A DNA stretch of 64,000 nucleotides, taken from assembly GCA_963665125.2 (NCBI GenBank), contig CAXXUK010000002.1, positions 736,001-800,000 on the forward strand, in the 5' to 3' direction. Of this stretch, positions 52,010 to 61,573 are shown piece by piece. Made by a program: the position numbers and the translations under genes. This DNA comes from an uncultured Desulfarculus sp. (lineage in GTDB: Bacteria; Desulfobacterota; Desulfarculia; Desulfarculales; Desulfarculaceae). Under the pieces are notes generated by a model that was given only the letters and a program-made list of their open reading frames with translations, was not told the origin of the DNA and made no database searches. How positions within the stretch are numbered: position 1 is the stretch's first letter; every line of letters starts with the position of its first letter.

Positions 52010-52621
52010 TTAGTTTATGCCCCCCACCGTGTCCACGAATACGGTGGCCAGCACGGCAAGGTACTCGAATTCCAGGAAATTGGTGGCGGTAAGGTCGAAG
52101 AGCAGACGGCAGGTGGCCGGGAACTCGGCGTCGCCGGGATACAGCACCACCTGCACCGGCAGCTTGGGCAACAGCTCGATGATCCAGCTCCGGCCGCCAG
52201 AGCCCGTCTCGCCGCCTGGCCGTGCGCCCATCCGGGCCAGGGCCGCGGCAAAGCCGCCGGGGTCCTTGCCGGCGGAGCGGGCCAGACGAGATTCCAGGCG
52301 TGCGCCGGAATAGCTGCTCTGGGCTGGAACAAGCTTGGTGAGTTGATCCAGGGGCACGAAGCGTCCGGCGGATTCTCCCATGCAGCGGTACATTATATAT
52401 CCTGCCAAGACCGAGCCATGCACCGGGTGAACCGGCTTGCCGTCGGTGCGGGTCACGCCGCTTTTTTCCAGCAGATAGAGGCGCCCCAGCATTGGGATCT
52501 CCACCTGGCCGTTATCGCGGAGCCTCAGGCCCATGTCCGATGCCGCGGCCCGCACCGGAAAGCGGCGCAGGCGCTCCAGCAGATCGCGGTAAATGATGTC
52601 GCGGCCCGGTTCATCGACCAT
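52010..52621 (-). CDS. DUF3786-family protein (paralogue A)
   Basis: LLPKLPVQVVLYPGDAEFPATCRLLFD..A.NFL. Confidence 0.8.
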   Translation of the reverse strand: MVDEPGRDIIYRDLLERLRRFPVRAAASDMGLRLRDNGQVEIPMLGRLYLLEKSGVTRTDGKPVHPVHGSVLAGYIMYRCMGESAGRFVPLDQLTKLVPAQSSYSGARLESRLARSAGKDPGGFAAALARMGARPGGETGSGGRSWIIELLPKLPVQVVLYPGDAEFPATCRLLFDLTATNFLEFEYLAVLATVFVDTVGGIN

Positions 52622-52636
52622 GAAATTTCCTATACC

Positions 52637-52674
52637 GGTTTAACCATCTGGGCCAAGGCCGTGCTCAGCGAGAT
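52637..52674 (+). repeat. Direct repeat copy 2
   Basis: GGTTTAACCATCTGGGCCAAGGCCGTGCTCAGCGAGAT; 4 mismatches to copy 1 by eye. Confidence 0.85.
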
Positions 52675-53285
52675 ATAGCCAGGGCGGCAACCGTGTCCAC
52701 GAAAACCGTGGTCAGGGTGGACAGGTGATTGAATTCCAGAAAATTGATGGCAACAGGATCATAGAGTAGGCGGCAGGTGGCCGGAAATTCATCGTCGCCG
52801 GGGTAGAACACCACCTGGGCCGGCAGCTTGGGCAACGGCTCGATAAGCCAGCTATGGCCGCCGGAGCCCACCTCGCCGCCGGGCCGGGCGCCCATGCTTT
52901 CCAAGGCCAGGGCAAAGGCCTGCGGGTTGTTGTCGGCAATCCGGGTCAGGCGCGCTTCCAGCTTGACCACGGCGTGGCTGATCTTGCCCGGAACCCGCTC
53001 GGTGAGGTGACCCAGGGGCACATAGCTCCCGGTGGGCCGGCCCGCGCCCCGGCGCATCAGATAGCCGGCCAACACCAGGCCTTGCATGGTGGATACGGGC
53101 GCTTCGTCGACGTGGCTGACGCCGTTTTGGCCAACCAGATAGAGGCTGCCCAGCATGGGTATCTCCGCCTGGCCGGTGTCTCGGCAGTTTAGCCCCATTT
53201 CCCCGGCCGTGGCTGCGATTGGAAAGGTCCGCAACCGCTCCAGCAGATTGCGGTAGATTATCTCATGGTCCAGATCCTCAGACAT
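52665..53285 (-). CDS. DUF3786-family protein (paralogue B)
   Basis: PLPKLPAQVVFYPGDDEFPATCRLLYD; colinear with paralogue A. Confidence 0.8.
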   Translation of the reverse strand: MSEDLDHEIIYRNLLERLRTFPIAATAGEMGLNCRDTGQAEIPMLGSLYLVGQNGVSHVDEAPVSTMQGLVLAGYLMRRGAGRPTGSYVPLGHLTERVPGKISHAVVKLEARLTRIADNNPQAFALALESMGARPGGEVGSGGHSWLIEPLPKLPAQVVFYPGDDEFPATCRLLYDPVAINFLEFNHLSTLTTVFVDTVAALAISR

Positions 53286-53293
53286 GGCTCCCC

Positions 53294-53887
53294 TTACAGA
53301 TTCTTGACCATCGTGGCATATCCCTGGAAATCGAAAAACACGCCCAGCATGGGCTCCCTTTTACGCTCGGTCACTTGAAAGCCGTGGCGCTGGTAGAGCC
53401 TCTCGGCTCCGTCATTGCCCTTGATCACCTCCAGGCGGACGGACGACAGGCCATTTGAGCGGGCCAACTCGTCAAGGCGCTTTAGCAACCCGCCGCCAAC
53501 ACCAAATCCCCGGAATCCGGCGTCCACGGCAATGGCGTCAACCAGCAGTTCATTTTTCCGTGGCTTTTCATCGAACAGGCTCAGTAAAACCATGGCCCGC
53601 ACGGCCCGGCCCAGACCCAGGCTGTGGCGCATGGCGTTAAAACGCCAATTGCCCGCGAAGCATGTTTTCATGTCGTGAAAACCGGCCACGCCCACCAATT
53701 GACCGCCCTGGATGGCCACAACGGCCAAATGCGGCACAATGGAGGCGGCTATCAACTCAACGCGCTTGGCCGGGTCCTTGATCATGGGGCCAAACTTTTG
53801 GATGAACGCCTGATCATAGAGCAGGGCGGCCTGATGGCGCATGGCCTCGGGCAGTCCCAGACGGTATTGAATGGTTTGGCCGTCCAA
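53294..53887 (-). CDS. GNAT acetyltransferase
   Basis: AIAVDAGFRGFGVG, LEVIKGNDGAERLYQRHGF. Confidence 0.88.
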   Translation of the reverse strand: MDGQTIQYRLGLPEAMRHQAALLYDQAFIQKFGPMIKDPAKRVELIAASIVPHLAVVAIQGGQLVGVAGFHDMKTCFAGNWRFNAMRHSLGLGRAVRAMVLLSLFDEKPRKNELLVDAIAVDAGFRGFGVGGGLLKRLDELARSNGLSSVRLEVIKGNDGAERLYQRHGFQVTERKREPMLGVFFDFQGYATMVKNL

Positions 53888-53889
53888 GC

Positions 53890-54834
53890 CTAGCCGCCGA
53901 TCTTGTCGTTGATGCGGTCCATCACCGGCGTGTCCACGCCCAGTTCTTTGGCCGTCTGGTAAACCTCGTTGAAGAACACCAGCATGTCCGAGGCCCCCGC
54001 CTGGAAGTGCCCGGCCTGCACGGCCCGCTGGCCCCAGAGGGTGTTGCCCAGGAATTGCTGATAAAAATCAACGGTGTTTTCCAGAGGCTGGTCCAGAAAC
54101 GGCCCGCTGTCCGGGTAGGTGCGCGGGTCCACGCCCCTGGCTTCCAGCACGCCCAGGCCTTCCCGCACAGCCAGAACCATCATCTCCATGGTTTCCTTGT
54201 CGGCGATCATGGCATCCAGGCCGCCGGCGTACAGGGCCGTGCCGATCATGCCCGAGCTGATGGCCTGGTGCTCCCAGAGCCACTTGATCATGTCCTGCTT
54301 GAGGTCCGGGCCGAATCCGCCCCTGGCGAAAATTTCGATGATGCGCTCCAGCCGGGGGCTGTCAGCCCCTTCCCATTCGCCCAGGCGAACCACCGGAGCC
54401 ACATTGGCCACGACGGTCTGCTCCCGGCGTCCGGCGCTGCACGCCGAATAGCCCCACAAATAGCGGTCTCGGCTCAGCAGGGAGTCCATCTCGGAGGTTC
54501 CTTGCCAATTGGCCGTGAACATCAGAAACTGGGCCTTGGGGACGGAGTCCTTGATATCTGCCACGGCCTGGGCGGCGTTGCGGCCCTGGGTGGGTACCAT
54601 CACCAGTTCGTACTCGTCTTCCGGGGTGACGATTTCGGTGAGCTTGGGCTGGTAGTATTCGGTGTAGGTCTTTTCCTCGCCGCCCCGGGTGTCCAACAGA
54701 TCCAGCTCTATGCCGTCGTCAACCTCGGCGGCCCGGCCCGGCCGCAGCTTGTGGGTGACATCCACGCCGCCCCCGGCCAAGGCCCAGCCGTGAACCACGC
54801 CCATCAAACCCATGCCCACGATCAGCGTCTTCAT
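53890..54834 (-). CDS. Ketopantoate reductase-family oxidoreductase
   Basis: IVGMGLMG Rossmann motif, DMIKWLW, AVREG..V. Confidence 0.75.
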   Translation of the reverse strand: MKTLIVGMGLMGVVHGWALAGGGVDVTHKLRPGRAAEVDDGIELDLLDTRGGEEKTYTEYYQPKLTEIVTPEDEYELVMVPTQGRNAAQAVADIKDSVPKAQFLMFTANWQGTSEMDSLLSRDRYLWGYSACSAGRREQTVVANVAPVVRLGEWEGADSPRLERIIEIFARGGFGPDLKQDMIKWLWEHQAISSGMIGTALYAGGLDAMIADKETMEMMVLAVREGLGVLEARGVDPRTYPDSGPFLDQPLENTVDFYQQFLGNTLWGQRAVQAGHFQAGASDMLVFFNEVYQTAKELGVDTPVMDRINDKIGG

Positions 54835-54849
54835 GCCAAGGCCTTTCCG

Positions 54850-55293
54850 TTAGGTTGTACGTTTAAGAGTCAGCCAGCGCCCGGGAAGCCAGGTCAGCCA
54901 CAGGGCGGGCAGCAGCATTATTATATCGCGGAACGCGGCCTCCAGCCCGGCTGCGTGTTCTCCGGCCTGGCCGGGGAAACAGCCGCAGTCATAGCCCGCG
55001 CCGATAAACCAGGCATAGAGCATCAAACCTGTGAACATGACCAAAAGACCGGCCGAGCATAGGGCCGCGGCCCTGGTCCATACTCCGGCCAGAAGCAAAA
55101 AGCCGACCAGAAGTTCCATCCAGGCCAGCAGTACGCTCAAGGGCTGGACCAGCAGCAGGGGCAGCACCTCGTAGCGCCCCACGGAAACGGCGAAACCGGC
55201 CGGGTACCAAACCTTGTCGTAGCTGGCGTAGATAAACAGCCAGGCCAAAAAAAGGCGGCAGCCGATGCTGATAAGCTGTTTGATGGTGCTCAA
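54850..55293 (-). CDS. DoxX/MauE-family membrane protein
   Basis: RLFLAWLFIYAS.DK, ELLVG, DCGCF, RD; TTG start at 55293. Confidence 0.85.
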   Translation of the reverse strand: MSTIKQLISIGCRLFLAWLFIYASYDKVWYPAGFAVSVGRYEVLPLLLVQPLSVLLAWMELLVGFLLLAGVWTRAAALCSAGLLVMFTGLMLYAWFIGAGYDCGCFPGQAGEHAAGLEAAFRDIIMLLPALWLTWLPGRWLTLKRTT

Positions 55294-55769
55294 TTGTTCC
55301 TCCGGCGTTTGGCGCGCACCGGCAGACCGGCCTCCCGCCACTGCTCAAAGGTGGCCTGCATTACGCGTACGTCGGCAAATTCCAACTCCCGCAGGCGCTG
55401 GGCAACCCAGGCCGCCGGGTGACGGCTGCGGCTGCGGCCATAGACCACCAGGGTCGGCGCCCCGCGCAAGACCTCTTCCAGCAGGGGATAGAGCTTGTCC
55501 CATTCCTCCCGGTTTAGGTTCACCGCTCCCCGAATATGGGCCTGCTTGTAGTCGCCGGGATCCCTGGCGTCGATGAACATGGCCCCGTTTTCCCGCAGAT
55601 CGGCGGCGTCGGTCATGCTCACCGGTTTCCACAGGGGCCGGGACACCTCGGGCGGCAGGAGGCCGAGGCCCTGGGGCGCCAGCAGGTTGAAGAACAGTCC
55701 GGCCAGGGCGGCCGCCGCTACAATGAGCAGGGCCCGCAGTATGGTTTTTTTAAAAATAGATTCGCTCAT
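55290..55769 (-). CDS. Rhodanese-like domain protein
   Basis: FIDARDP..Y..HIRGAVNL, WREAGLPV; active-site Cys appears absent (VVYGRS). Confidence 0.82.
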   Translation of the reverse strand: MSESIFKKTILRALLIVAAAALAGLFFNLLAPQGLGLLPPEVSRPLWKPVSMTDAADLRENGAMFIDARDPGDYKQAHIRGAVNLNREEWDKLYPLLEEVLRGAPTLVVYGRSRSRHPAAWVAQRLRELEFADVRVMQATFEQWREAGLPVRAKRRRNN

Positions 55770-55892
55770 GCATCAAATCCGCAAATAGACGTGCTCCAGA
55801 TTAACGCGGCTAGCCTTGGTCCGCAAGTGGCCGAAGCTGTGTTACAATATTTGTCAAACCCATTGATACCACCTTTTAACCGGAGTTCGTCC

Positions 55893-56480
55893 ATGGCGCA
55901 GATATTGGCCATCCACGGCAGCCCCCGCCACAAGGGTAATACTACCACGCTACTCAACCGCGCGGTTGAAGGTGCGAAGGCCGCCGGGGCCGATGTTGAG
56001 GAAATTCACCTGCGCGATCTGAAAATTTCGCCCTGCCTGGAGATTTACGGCTGCAAGGCCGACGGCCGCTGCGTGATCAAGGACGATTTCCAGGGACTCT
56101 ACGACAAACTCACCGCCTGCAAGGGCCTGATGCTGGCCTCGCCGATGATGTTCTATACGGTCAGCGGCCACACCAAGGCCTTCATGGACCGCTGTCAGTC
56201 GTTGTGGGTAAAGAAATACTGGCTGGAAAAACAGCCGTTTGGCAAGCTGGACCAGAGCAAGAAGGGCCTGTTTGTCTCCGTGGGTGCTACCACGGGCAAA
56301 AAACTTTTCGACGGCGCTCTATTAACGGTCAAATACTTCATGGACACCCTGGACATGCCCCTGTGGCGCAGCCTGCTGTACCGGGGCCTGGATTTTGAGG
56401 GCGATGTGGAAGAACACCCCGAATACCTCAAGGAGGCCCATGATGCGGGCATGGAGATGGCCAAGCTGCTCCATGTTTGA
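55893..56480 (+). CDS. Flavodoxin-like / iron-sulfur flavoprotein
   Basis: GSPRHKGNT, PCLEIYGC..CVIKDDF, ASPMMFY, KAFMDR. Confidence 0.88.
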   Translation: MAQILAIHGSPRHKGNTTTLLNRAVEGAKAAGADVEEIHLRDLKISPCLEIYGCKADGRCVIKDDFQGLYDKLTACKGLMLASPMMFYTVSGHTKAFMDRCQSLWVKKYWLEKQPFGKLDQSKKGLFVSVGATTGKKLFDGALLTVKYFMDTLDMPLWRSLLYRGLDFEGDVEEHPEYLKEAHDAGMEMAKLLHV

Positions 56481-56567
56481 CCCCCGGTGCTGATGGCCGC
56501 TTGCACCTGGATTGTTTATATTGCATAATCGGTTAGTTGCAAAAAAAGTTAAAAGCTGGAGGGTGCA

Positions 56568-57113
56568 ATGGCGCCTTTGTCTGGTCTAGAACCGAGACCT
56601 CCCCTGGAGGAGCGGGACCTGGATGACCGCCTGGCGGATATCCGCCTTCTGGTGCTGGAGATGGAGGGCGTGGTCACCGACGGATCGGTGTTGCTGGGTC
56701 CGGACGGCGGCCAGAGCCTGCGTTTCAGCAGGTCCGACGTCCTGGGTTTAAAGAGCCTGGCGGGCATCGGGGTCTCCGTATTGGTTCTGGCCCACACCGG
56801 CCTCAAGGCCGCCGCCGAGTATTGCAGGCTGACCGGGGTGGAATTGGCCACCCACCAGGACGACAAGAGCCAGTTGTTGCAGCTGTTGGCCCACAAGCGC
56901 GGCGTAAAGCCCTTTGAAGTGCTGTATGTGGGCGCGGATCTCGACGACATGGACTGCATGTTCCAGGTGGGCGTGGCCGCCTGCCCGGCCCAGGCCTCCC
57001 GCTGGGTGGCAACGGCGGCTCATCTGGTCACCGATGCCCCCGGCGGCGGTGGCGCACTGCGGGAAATCTGCGACACTCTGCTGGCCAAACGGACGCCCCA
57101 AACTGAAAACTAA
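56568..57113 (+). CDS. KdsC/YrbI-like HAD protein with altered motif I
   Basis: LVLEMEGVVTDG, YVGADLDD, GGGGALREICD. Confidence 0.78.
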   Translation: MAPLSGLEPRPPLEERDLDDRLADIRLLVLEMEGVVTDGSVLLGPDGGQSLRFSRSDVLGLKSLAGIGVSVLVLAHTGLKAAAEYCRLTGVELATHQDDKSQLLQLLAHKRGVKPFEVLYVGADLDDMDCMFQVGVAACPAQASRWVATAAHLVTDAPGGGGALREICDTLLAKRTPQTEN

Positions 57114-57138
57114 GCTTACGCGATATTCGGGTTAAGGC

Positions 57139-57762
57139 ATGTTCATCTCAGACAAACCGGACAACTACGAAAAGGTGTATCAGGAGCTGATTCCCAAGCT
57201 GGCCGGGGCCAATCTGGGCCAAAACGCCGCCGGGCTGGGCATACAGGCCGCCGGGCACAGCGTTCCGGTGACCCTGTTCGGCAGGGATTACCTGGTGGGT
57301 CCCACCGGCGTGACCATGGCTGACGGCTCCGAGGCCGAGATGATCCCGCGCATTGTTTTGTCTTATTATATGACCCACGGCGGCAGTGGCGAGCCCGCCG
57401 GCAAGCCCGCGCCCTATCGAGAACTACCCGGCGGCGCGGATTTCGCCCGCAGCCTGTCCGAGATCGTTGACGGCCGCATTGTCAGGTATTTCAGCGGCCG
57501 GCTCGACGCCCTCAAGGCCGCCTGCGAGGCAATCGGCGGCCGGGCCGAGAGCATGGGCATAAGCTGCGACGCGGGCTATGTGTTCGATGCCCTGCCCAAA
57601 TTGCCGATGATGATGACCTTTTACGACGTGGATGAGGACTTTCCGGCCGAGGCCAAAGTGTTTTACGATATAACAGCTCCCAATTTCCTGGATATGGAAT
57701 GCCTGGCCGTGATGGGGCTGGTCCTGGCCCTGGAACTGGAGCGGGCCGACGGGGAAAATTAG
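57139..57762 (+). CDS. DUF3786-family protein (paralogue C)
   Basis: YRELPGG, ALPKLP..YDVDEDFPAEAKVFYD..NFLDMECL. Confidence 0.82.
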   Translation: MFISDKPDNYEKVYQELIPKLAGANLGQNAAGLGIQAAGHSVPVTLFGRDYLVGPTGVTMADGSEAEMIPRIVLSYYMTHGGSGEPAGKPAPYRELPGGADFARSLSEIVDGRIVRYFSGRLDALKAACEAIGGRAESMGISCDAGYVFDALPKLPMMMTFYDVDEDFPAEAKVFYDITAPNFLDMECLAVMGLVLALELERADGEN

Positions 57763-57767
57763 GAGAC

Positions 57768-58337
57768 TTGCGAATACTACTGCATATATGCTGCGCGCCC
57801 TGCGCCATGATGCCCCTGGAGGATCTGCGGGCCGACGGCGTGGAGGTCATGGGCCTGGCCTACAATCCCAATGTGCAGCCGTATACGGAAAATGTGCGCC
57901 GCCAGGCAACCCTGGAACAGTGGGCCGCCGAGGAGGGCCTGCGCCTGATTGTCCAGGACGAGTATGACCCGGAGTCCTGGCTGCGCCGCGCGGCCTACCG
58001 CGAAAGGCAGCGCTGCCGCTTGTGTTACCACCAGCGACTGACCAGGGCGGCCCAGGTCGCCAAGAAAGGCAAATTCGACGCATTCAGCACCACGTTGCTG
58101 TACTCTGTACGTCAGAAGCATGATTTGATTGTGGAAACAGGACGCCAGGTGGCCGCCGAGCGGGGGATAAAATTCCATTACCGCGATTGGCGGCCCAAGT
58201 GGCAGCAAGGCGTCAGCGCCTCTCTGGAGAGGGGACTGTACCGCCAGCAGTATTGCGGCTGCATCTACTCGGAGCGCGACCGTTTTCTTGGCGTTCCCAA
58301 AGGCCGCAAGCCATACGATAACCATGAGGAAAGGTGA
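57768..58337 (+). CDS. queH: Epoxyqueuosine reductase QueH
   Basis: LLHICCAPC, YNPN, RCRLCY, FSTTL, YRQQYCGCIYS; TTG start at 57768. Confidence 0.92.
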   Translation: MRILLHICCAPCAMMPLEDLRADGVEVMGLAYNPNVQPYTENVRRQATLEQWAAEEGLRLIVQDEYDPESWLRRAAYRERQRCRLCYHQRLTRAAQVAKKGKFDAFSTTLLYSVRQKHDLIVETGRQVAAERGIKFHYRDWRPKWQQGVSASLERGLYRQQYCGCIYSERDRFLGVPKGRKPYDNHEER

Positions 58338-58342
58338 TTGCC

Positions 58343-60082
58343 ATGGCCGCCAAAACTCCTCCGGAAATTACACTTGAACTCAGCGGAGGCGCACTTACCA
58401 TCCGTACCAGTGAGGCCATCTACAGGGTTGTTGTGGCCGGCGGTGCTGGAATGGCCGGAGCCGCGGCCCTGCCCGCCGGGCCGACGCCCAAGGCCATTGC
58501 CGGAGACGTGGCCGCCGATGCGGGCGACGGTTGGGACGACATAGACCTGGATGGGCCGCCGCCGATCATCGGAACGTCCAGGACAGGCGACGAGGATGCG
58601 GGACTGATCCGCGCCACCTACGACCCTTCCCTGGACCAACAGGCCTACAACGAATACTACCGCGACCTGAGCCACGACATGTACCGCGAGATCGGGGCCA
58701 TGGCCAAGCGTCTGAGCATGTCCATCCGCGATGTCGGTTCGGTCAATATCAAGGACATGGACCTGGCATCAACGGGCCAGCAACTGGAGGCTGCCAAGGG
58801 CGAGTTGCAGGACGTGGTCAAGATGACCGAGCAGGCCACCATGCGGATCATGGATGAGGGCGAAGCCATCCAGGAGGCCGTGGACCGTTCCCAAAAAATT
58901 ATGGACCAACTGGCGCCGCTCCGGGATGTGGCGGAGGCCGCAGGGGCCGAAAGCCGGGAAGGCGACGGCGGCCAGGCCGTGGCCCAGTTGACCGAGGCGA
59001 TACAGGGGTTCAGCGATTACCTTAACCAGGCTTCCGATTCGCCCCTGGCCCAGCTTTCGGAGCAGGCGGCCGCGCTGTTGGAGCAAATGCAACAGGCCGC
59101 GGCGGCCGAGCCCCCGGCCACGGAGGCCGCTCCCGAACCTGCCCCGGCGGCGGAACCAGCCGCGCCAGCCGGTCCGTACTTCCAGTTTCCCATAGACGTT
59201 GTTTTTCAGACCGTTTATGAGCTGTGCACCAACGAGGCGGTCAAAAAACATATCAAGACCATGTGGGACTCCCAGGACCAGTTCGACCCGGCCAGGGTCG
59301 AGGCCGTTATGAACGAGATATGTCCCAAACAACCGGATGAGGACAATTTTCTCAATATAGACTTGAAACAAGTGCTCAAGTCACTGTTCCAGACCACGGC
59401 CAATGAGAAATTCCAGGGCGTGCTCAAGAAAATGGCCCAGACCAGCGATCAGATATTCCTGGAGCAGACCCTGCCTTTGGAGGCCATCCCCGGTGAGGCG
59501 CCGGCGGATGCGGCCCCCGCGCCGGCTCCGGCACCGGCACCAGCCCCGGCACCGGCAGCCGCACCGGGCGGCCCGACGCCGGAAATGATCGAGCAGATGG
59601 CGGCCCTGGTTGAGGCCATCGGCCAAGCGGCCCAGGCTTCCGCGCCGCCCCAACCGCAGGGCGACCTCATGGAACTGCTGGACGCGGCCCTCAAACAGGC
59701 CAATGACTCCTGCAATATAATAGACCCGGACCTTCTGCAGCAGCTAACCGATGCCGAGTCGTTGATTCGGTCGTCGGTAAACGCCATCATTGAATCTTTG
59801 AGCTTCCAGGATCTTTCGGGCCAGACCATCTACCGCATCGTGCGCCTGCTCTCGGACTTCCAGGTTCAGCTTTTGGCCATGGTCGTCAGCTTCGGCTCCA
59901 AGCTCAAGGCCAAGGAAAGCCGTAACGAGATCACCGTGGACGAAAGCGAAAAGCTGGCCCAGGAAGAGGTGGACCGCGTACTGGGCGGCCTTGGCGCCAC
60001 CGAGGAAAAAGGCGAGGGCGACAGCAAGGAGGAACTGGACCAGGGGGCCGTCAACAATCTGCTGGAGTCCCTGGGTTTCTAG
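58343..60082 (+). CDS. Extended CheZ-like chemotaxis phosphatase
   Basis: LQDVVKMTEQATMRIMD, LSFQDLSGQTI, LDQGAVNNLLESLGF; large central insert with PA repeats. Confidence 0.82.
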   Translation: MAAKTPPEITLELSGGALTIRTSEAIYRVVVAGGAGMAGAAALPAGPTPKAIAGDVAADAGDGWDDIDLDGPPPIIGTSRTGDEDAGLIRATYDPSLDQQAYNEYYRDLSHDMYREIGAMAKRLSMSIRDVGSVNIKDMDLASTGQQLEAAKGELQDVVKMTEQATMRIMDEGEAIQEAVDRSQKIMDQLAPLRDVAEAAGAESREGDGGQAVAQLTEAIQGFSDYLNQASDSPLAQLSEQAAALLEQMQQAAAAEPPATEAAPEPAPAAEPAAPAGPYFQFPIDVVFQTVYELCTNEAVKKHIKTMWDSQDQFDPARVEAVMNEICPKQPDEDNFLNIDLKQVLKSLFQTTANEKFQGVLKKMAQTSDQIFLEQTLPLEAIPGEAPADAAPAPAPAPAPAPAPAAAPGGPTPEMIEQMAALVEAIGQAAQASAPPQPQGDLMELLDAALKQANDSCNIIDPDLLQQLTDAESLIRSSVNAIIESLSFQDLSGQTIYRIVRLLSDFQVQLLAMVVSFGSKLKAKESRNEITVDESEKLAQEEVDRVLGGLGATEEKGEGDSKEELDQGAVNNLLESLGF

Positions 60083-60133
60083 CAAGAGCTTTTATCAAGG
60101 ATACACAGCGCCCGGCCGGTTTGGCCGGGTGTT

Positions 60134-60643
60134 TCATTTTGGCCTGAAGACCATGCAGGTCGTCACCGCGTGGGCGTAGAGGTTGCCCTCCTGGTCCGTG
60201 ATGCGGGCCTCGGCCGTGGCGATGCGGCTGCCGGTGTGGATGGACTTGCCCTCGGCAAAGATGCCGCCCATGCCGCTCTTGACCGGAATCAGGAAATTGA
60301 CCTTGAATTCGATGGTGCTGTAGCGCACGCCTTTGGGCAGGGTGGAATGCACGGCGCAGCCCATGGCCGAGTCCATCATGGTGGTCAGGGCCCCGCCGTG
60401 GATCATGCCGATGGGGTTATAGAGCCACTGGCCGTCCTGCATCTCAAACACGGCCCATCCGGGGCCAAAGTCTTTAAGCTGGTAACCAAGCAGACAGCCG
60501 ATGGGCGGCCGGGGCAACTCGCCCGCCTTGAGGGCGGCCAGCCACTCCAGACCGCTCATGTTCTGCATGGCGCTGGCGGCTATGGAAGGATCTTCCCAGG
60601 TGACGCTGCGGCTGCGGGGGCCGTCGAATGGGTCTTTGCTCAT
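60134..60643 (-). CDS. PaaI-family thioesterase
   Basis: NPIGMIHGG..TMMDSAMGCA, TIEFKVNFL. Confidence 0.92.
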   Translation of the reverse strand: MSKDPFDGPRSRSVTWEDPSIAASAMQNMSGLEWLAALKAGELPRPPIGCLLGYQLKDFGPGWAVFEMQDGQWLYNPIGMIHGGALTTMMDSAMGCAVHSTLPKGVRYSTIEFKVNFLIPVKSGMGGIFAEGKSIHTGSRIATAEARITDQEGNLYAHAVTTCMVFRPK

Positions 60644-60724
60644 TGTTGTGCTCCGTTTTGCCGAAAAAAATAGATTCAGATGATCTCATTTCCGGAACAA
60701 AAGCACAACTAAACCAGCAGGGTT

Positions 60725-61528
60725 CTATTTTAACAGGTCGACGATGCTCGGCGCGGTGCTGCGGATGTTGCGGCTGCCCGCCTTCCAAATGGGCCTGCCG
60801 TCCTGGTTTATGAGCATGCCCGCCTCACCGCTGGCCGAGTAGCCCACGGCCAGGCCGCTTTTGTCGCCGTCGTGCATGACCAGGCTGGGTTTGTCGCCGT
60901 TCATGCCCAGCACGGCGATTGGTCCGCCGCTGCGGCGTCTGCTCATGGAAAAGCCACGGGTGCCGTCTTTTTCCATGAATATCATATTCGCTTCGTCGCC
61001 CGAGGGCCCGGTCATAATGTAGGCTGTTTTGTTGTCATCAAAATTCATGGAATGCCTAACACGATTATTTTGGTCGGTTAGGGCAACCATCGTAGATGAT
61101 CCTTTTTGAGTTGCAGCAGATATGATGGAGCCATCTTCACCACGAATAAAAATACCGTTACAACTTGAACGGCTCACTCCTGCATAAAACCGGTTTACAC
61201 CATTTTGATTAAATAGTTCGAAACTTGATGAGTCCTCACCAGCTTGTATTGATAATCTTTTCATACCTGTTGAATCAGTAAATACCAGACCGATTAAACC
61301 ATTTTCTTCGACAAATATGTGCCCGCGTGGTTCTTTATTTTTGTCAACAATAGATAGTGTTTGCACCGCTAAATGATCTGTGTAATCACTTGAAACGGTT
61401 CGGGATGCTTGGGCACTAGTGCCAATTAATAAGATTGCTGTTGCAGCTCCAAGAAAAGCTGAAATTAAAAGCAATAGCAATAGGGTTGGCAAGCTGAGGT
61501 TTTGTTGAATATATTTGTTGAATTGCAT
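60725..61528 (-). CDS. Exported beta-repeat hypothetical protein, array copy A1
   Basis: N-terminal hydrophobic helix; repeated beta-hairpin units of type (hydrophobic)-D/N-x-x-G-x-x-R; ends PIWKA...IVDLLK. Confidence 0.78.
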   Translation of the reverse strand: MQFNKYIQQNLSLPTLLLLLLISAFLGAATAILLIGTSAQASRTVSSDYTDHLAVQTLSIVDKNKEPRGHIFVEENGLIGLVFTDSTGMKRLSIQAGEDSSSFELFNQNGVNRFYAGVSRSSCNGIFIRGEDGSIISAATQKGSSTMVALTDQNNRVRHSMNFDDNKTAYIMTGPSGDEANMIFMEKDGTRGFSMSRRRSGGPIAVLGMNGDKPSLVMHDGDKSGLAVGYSASGEAGMLINQDGRPIWKAGSRNIRSTAPSIVDLLK

Positions 61529-61573
61529 CAGTAGATTTCCCCCGGATTTGCCGTAGGATGTATATGAAAGGAG

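Noticed and set aside
52343..52678. 111-aa plus-strand ORF ending WAKAVLSEI
   Set aside because: Antisense to DUF3786-A; only its last codons are meaningful, as the duplicated SIR2 end.
59500..59570. GCACCG-type repeats
   Set aside because: They encode the Pro-Ala linker of the CheZ-like protein.
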